Shown here: piece after piece, positions 63,151 through 64,000 of the stretch
Position numbering within the stretch: the first letter of the stretch is position 1
How the letters are laid out: each line of letters opens with the position of its first letter
Source of the DNA: Cetorhinus maximus
Lineage: Eukaryota
Length of the DNA: 64,000 bases
Reading direction: 5' to 3'
NCBI RefSeq assembly: GCF_964194155.1
Contig: NC_135881.1
Coordinates: 167,896,001 to 167,960,000, forward strand
Position numbers and translations under genes: made by a program
Notes under the pieces: model-generated
The model's database searches: none
The model's input: the letters and a program-made list of their open reading frames with translations, nothing else
What the model was told of the DNA's origin: nothing

Positions 63151-64000
63151 GGGCAGAATTTTACGGCCTCTCCCTGGGGCGGGGGGGTGCCCATAAAATA
63201 CCCTGGATGGCCTTCCCACCTGACCTGTCTTCAGTTTTATATGGGACGGTTGGAGCCTGGGGCGGGCCCCTCAACCTCACCGTCACCCCAATTAAGCCCT
63301 TAAGTTGCCAATATTTGGCAACTAAAGGCCTGCTTTCTGTTGTAATGTGTCTATTAGGGATAGCAGCATGCCATCACTGGAAGGGAAGTGTGTCATGTGA
63401 TCCAGCCTCAGTTTCACCGTGGCCTATGAGCTGAGTACAGTGCACACTGCACAGTTCTGTCTTCAAGTCTTCTATCCATGTATACGTGTTCTCACATACC
63501 TAATTTAAATAAATGAACCCACAAAATGTTGACACAATCCCTTATGAGTGGTGCCTTTAAGTCATTATAAAATTATGACACTTTCTGCCCATCTTCAATT
63601 TTGAGGCTGGCAGTGGGCTGGGGGAAGCCCAGGAGGTCACCCAGCTCAGGCCTCAGGTGGGAGTTGGGATCATGGGGGTAACTTCCATCAAGGGCTCCCT
63701 TTGCACATCAGGTGCCCCTCCCTGCATCCCATCCTCCCAGGCCTCAACTCCCCTCCCCAGGGATGACGTCCCCGCACTTACCTGGTCCTAGACTCTGGGG
63801 ACCGCTTGTACTCCCAGTCCGGGCCACTGCTGCCTCTGGCATCGCTGAGACTACGGATCTGCTGGCCAATCATATTGACCAGCTGCTCTCTTGAGGTAGG
63901 ACTTCCATCCGAGTGATGTGAATGGCTGTCGGCTGCTCTGATCGGTGGGGATGCATTTCCCGCCAACTCTTCAGTTGGCGGGGCGACAATCCCCTGCATC
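63151..64000. mobile_element. Harbinger-type element, left part (continues beyond window)
   Basis: TIR GGGCAGAATTTT at 63151 interrupts the CR1; ccaattaagcccttaag subterminal motif. Confidence 0.7.

Overview
This is eukaryotic vertebrate genomic DNA, most likely from a cartilaginous fish (shark). That assignment is inferred from the repeat landscape: HER1-type CR1 LINEs, SacSINE1-like Deu-SINEs and a shark-type H2B N-terminus. The only host gene is an internal part of CARMIL1 (LRRC16A): six short + strand GT-AG exons (530 bp in total) encoding consecutive leucine-rich repeats, separated by 5-18 kb introns. Most of the rest is transposon-derived. There are two full-length but inactivated PIF/Harbinger transposons, each with a HARBI1-like DDE nuclease and a convergent three-exon Myb/SANT gene, plus several related non-autonomous elements. 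There are many CR1 LINE pieces in deeply nested stacks, and RTE, Vingi-like and L2-like LINEs. LTR-type elements are two related solo LTRs, a 1.9-kb short-LTR Gypsy-like element carrying only gag-protease remnants, and a 1.7-kb LTR-like element. The window also holds a Tigger/MER46-like MITE, Penelope-like fold-back repeats with degenerate hammerhead-ribozyme cores, and a histone H2B pseudogene. I see no clearly new cellular system; the best leads are transposon biology. Repeat boundaries are approximate unless TIRs or TSDs are quoted, and family names come from motif recognition, not database searches.
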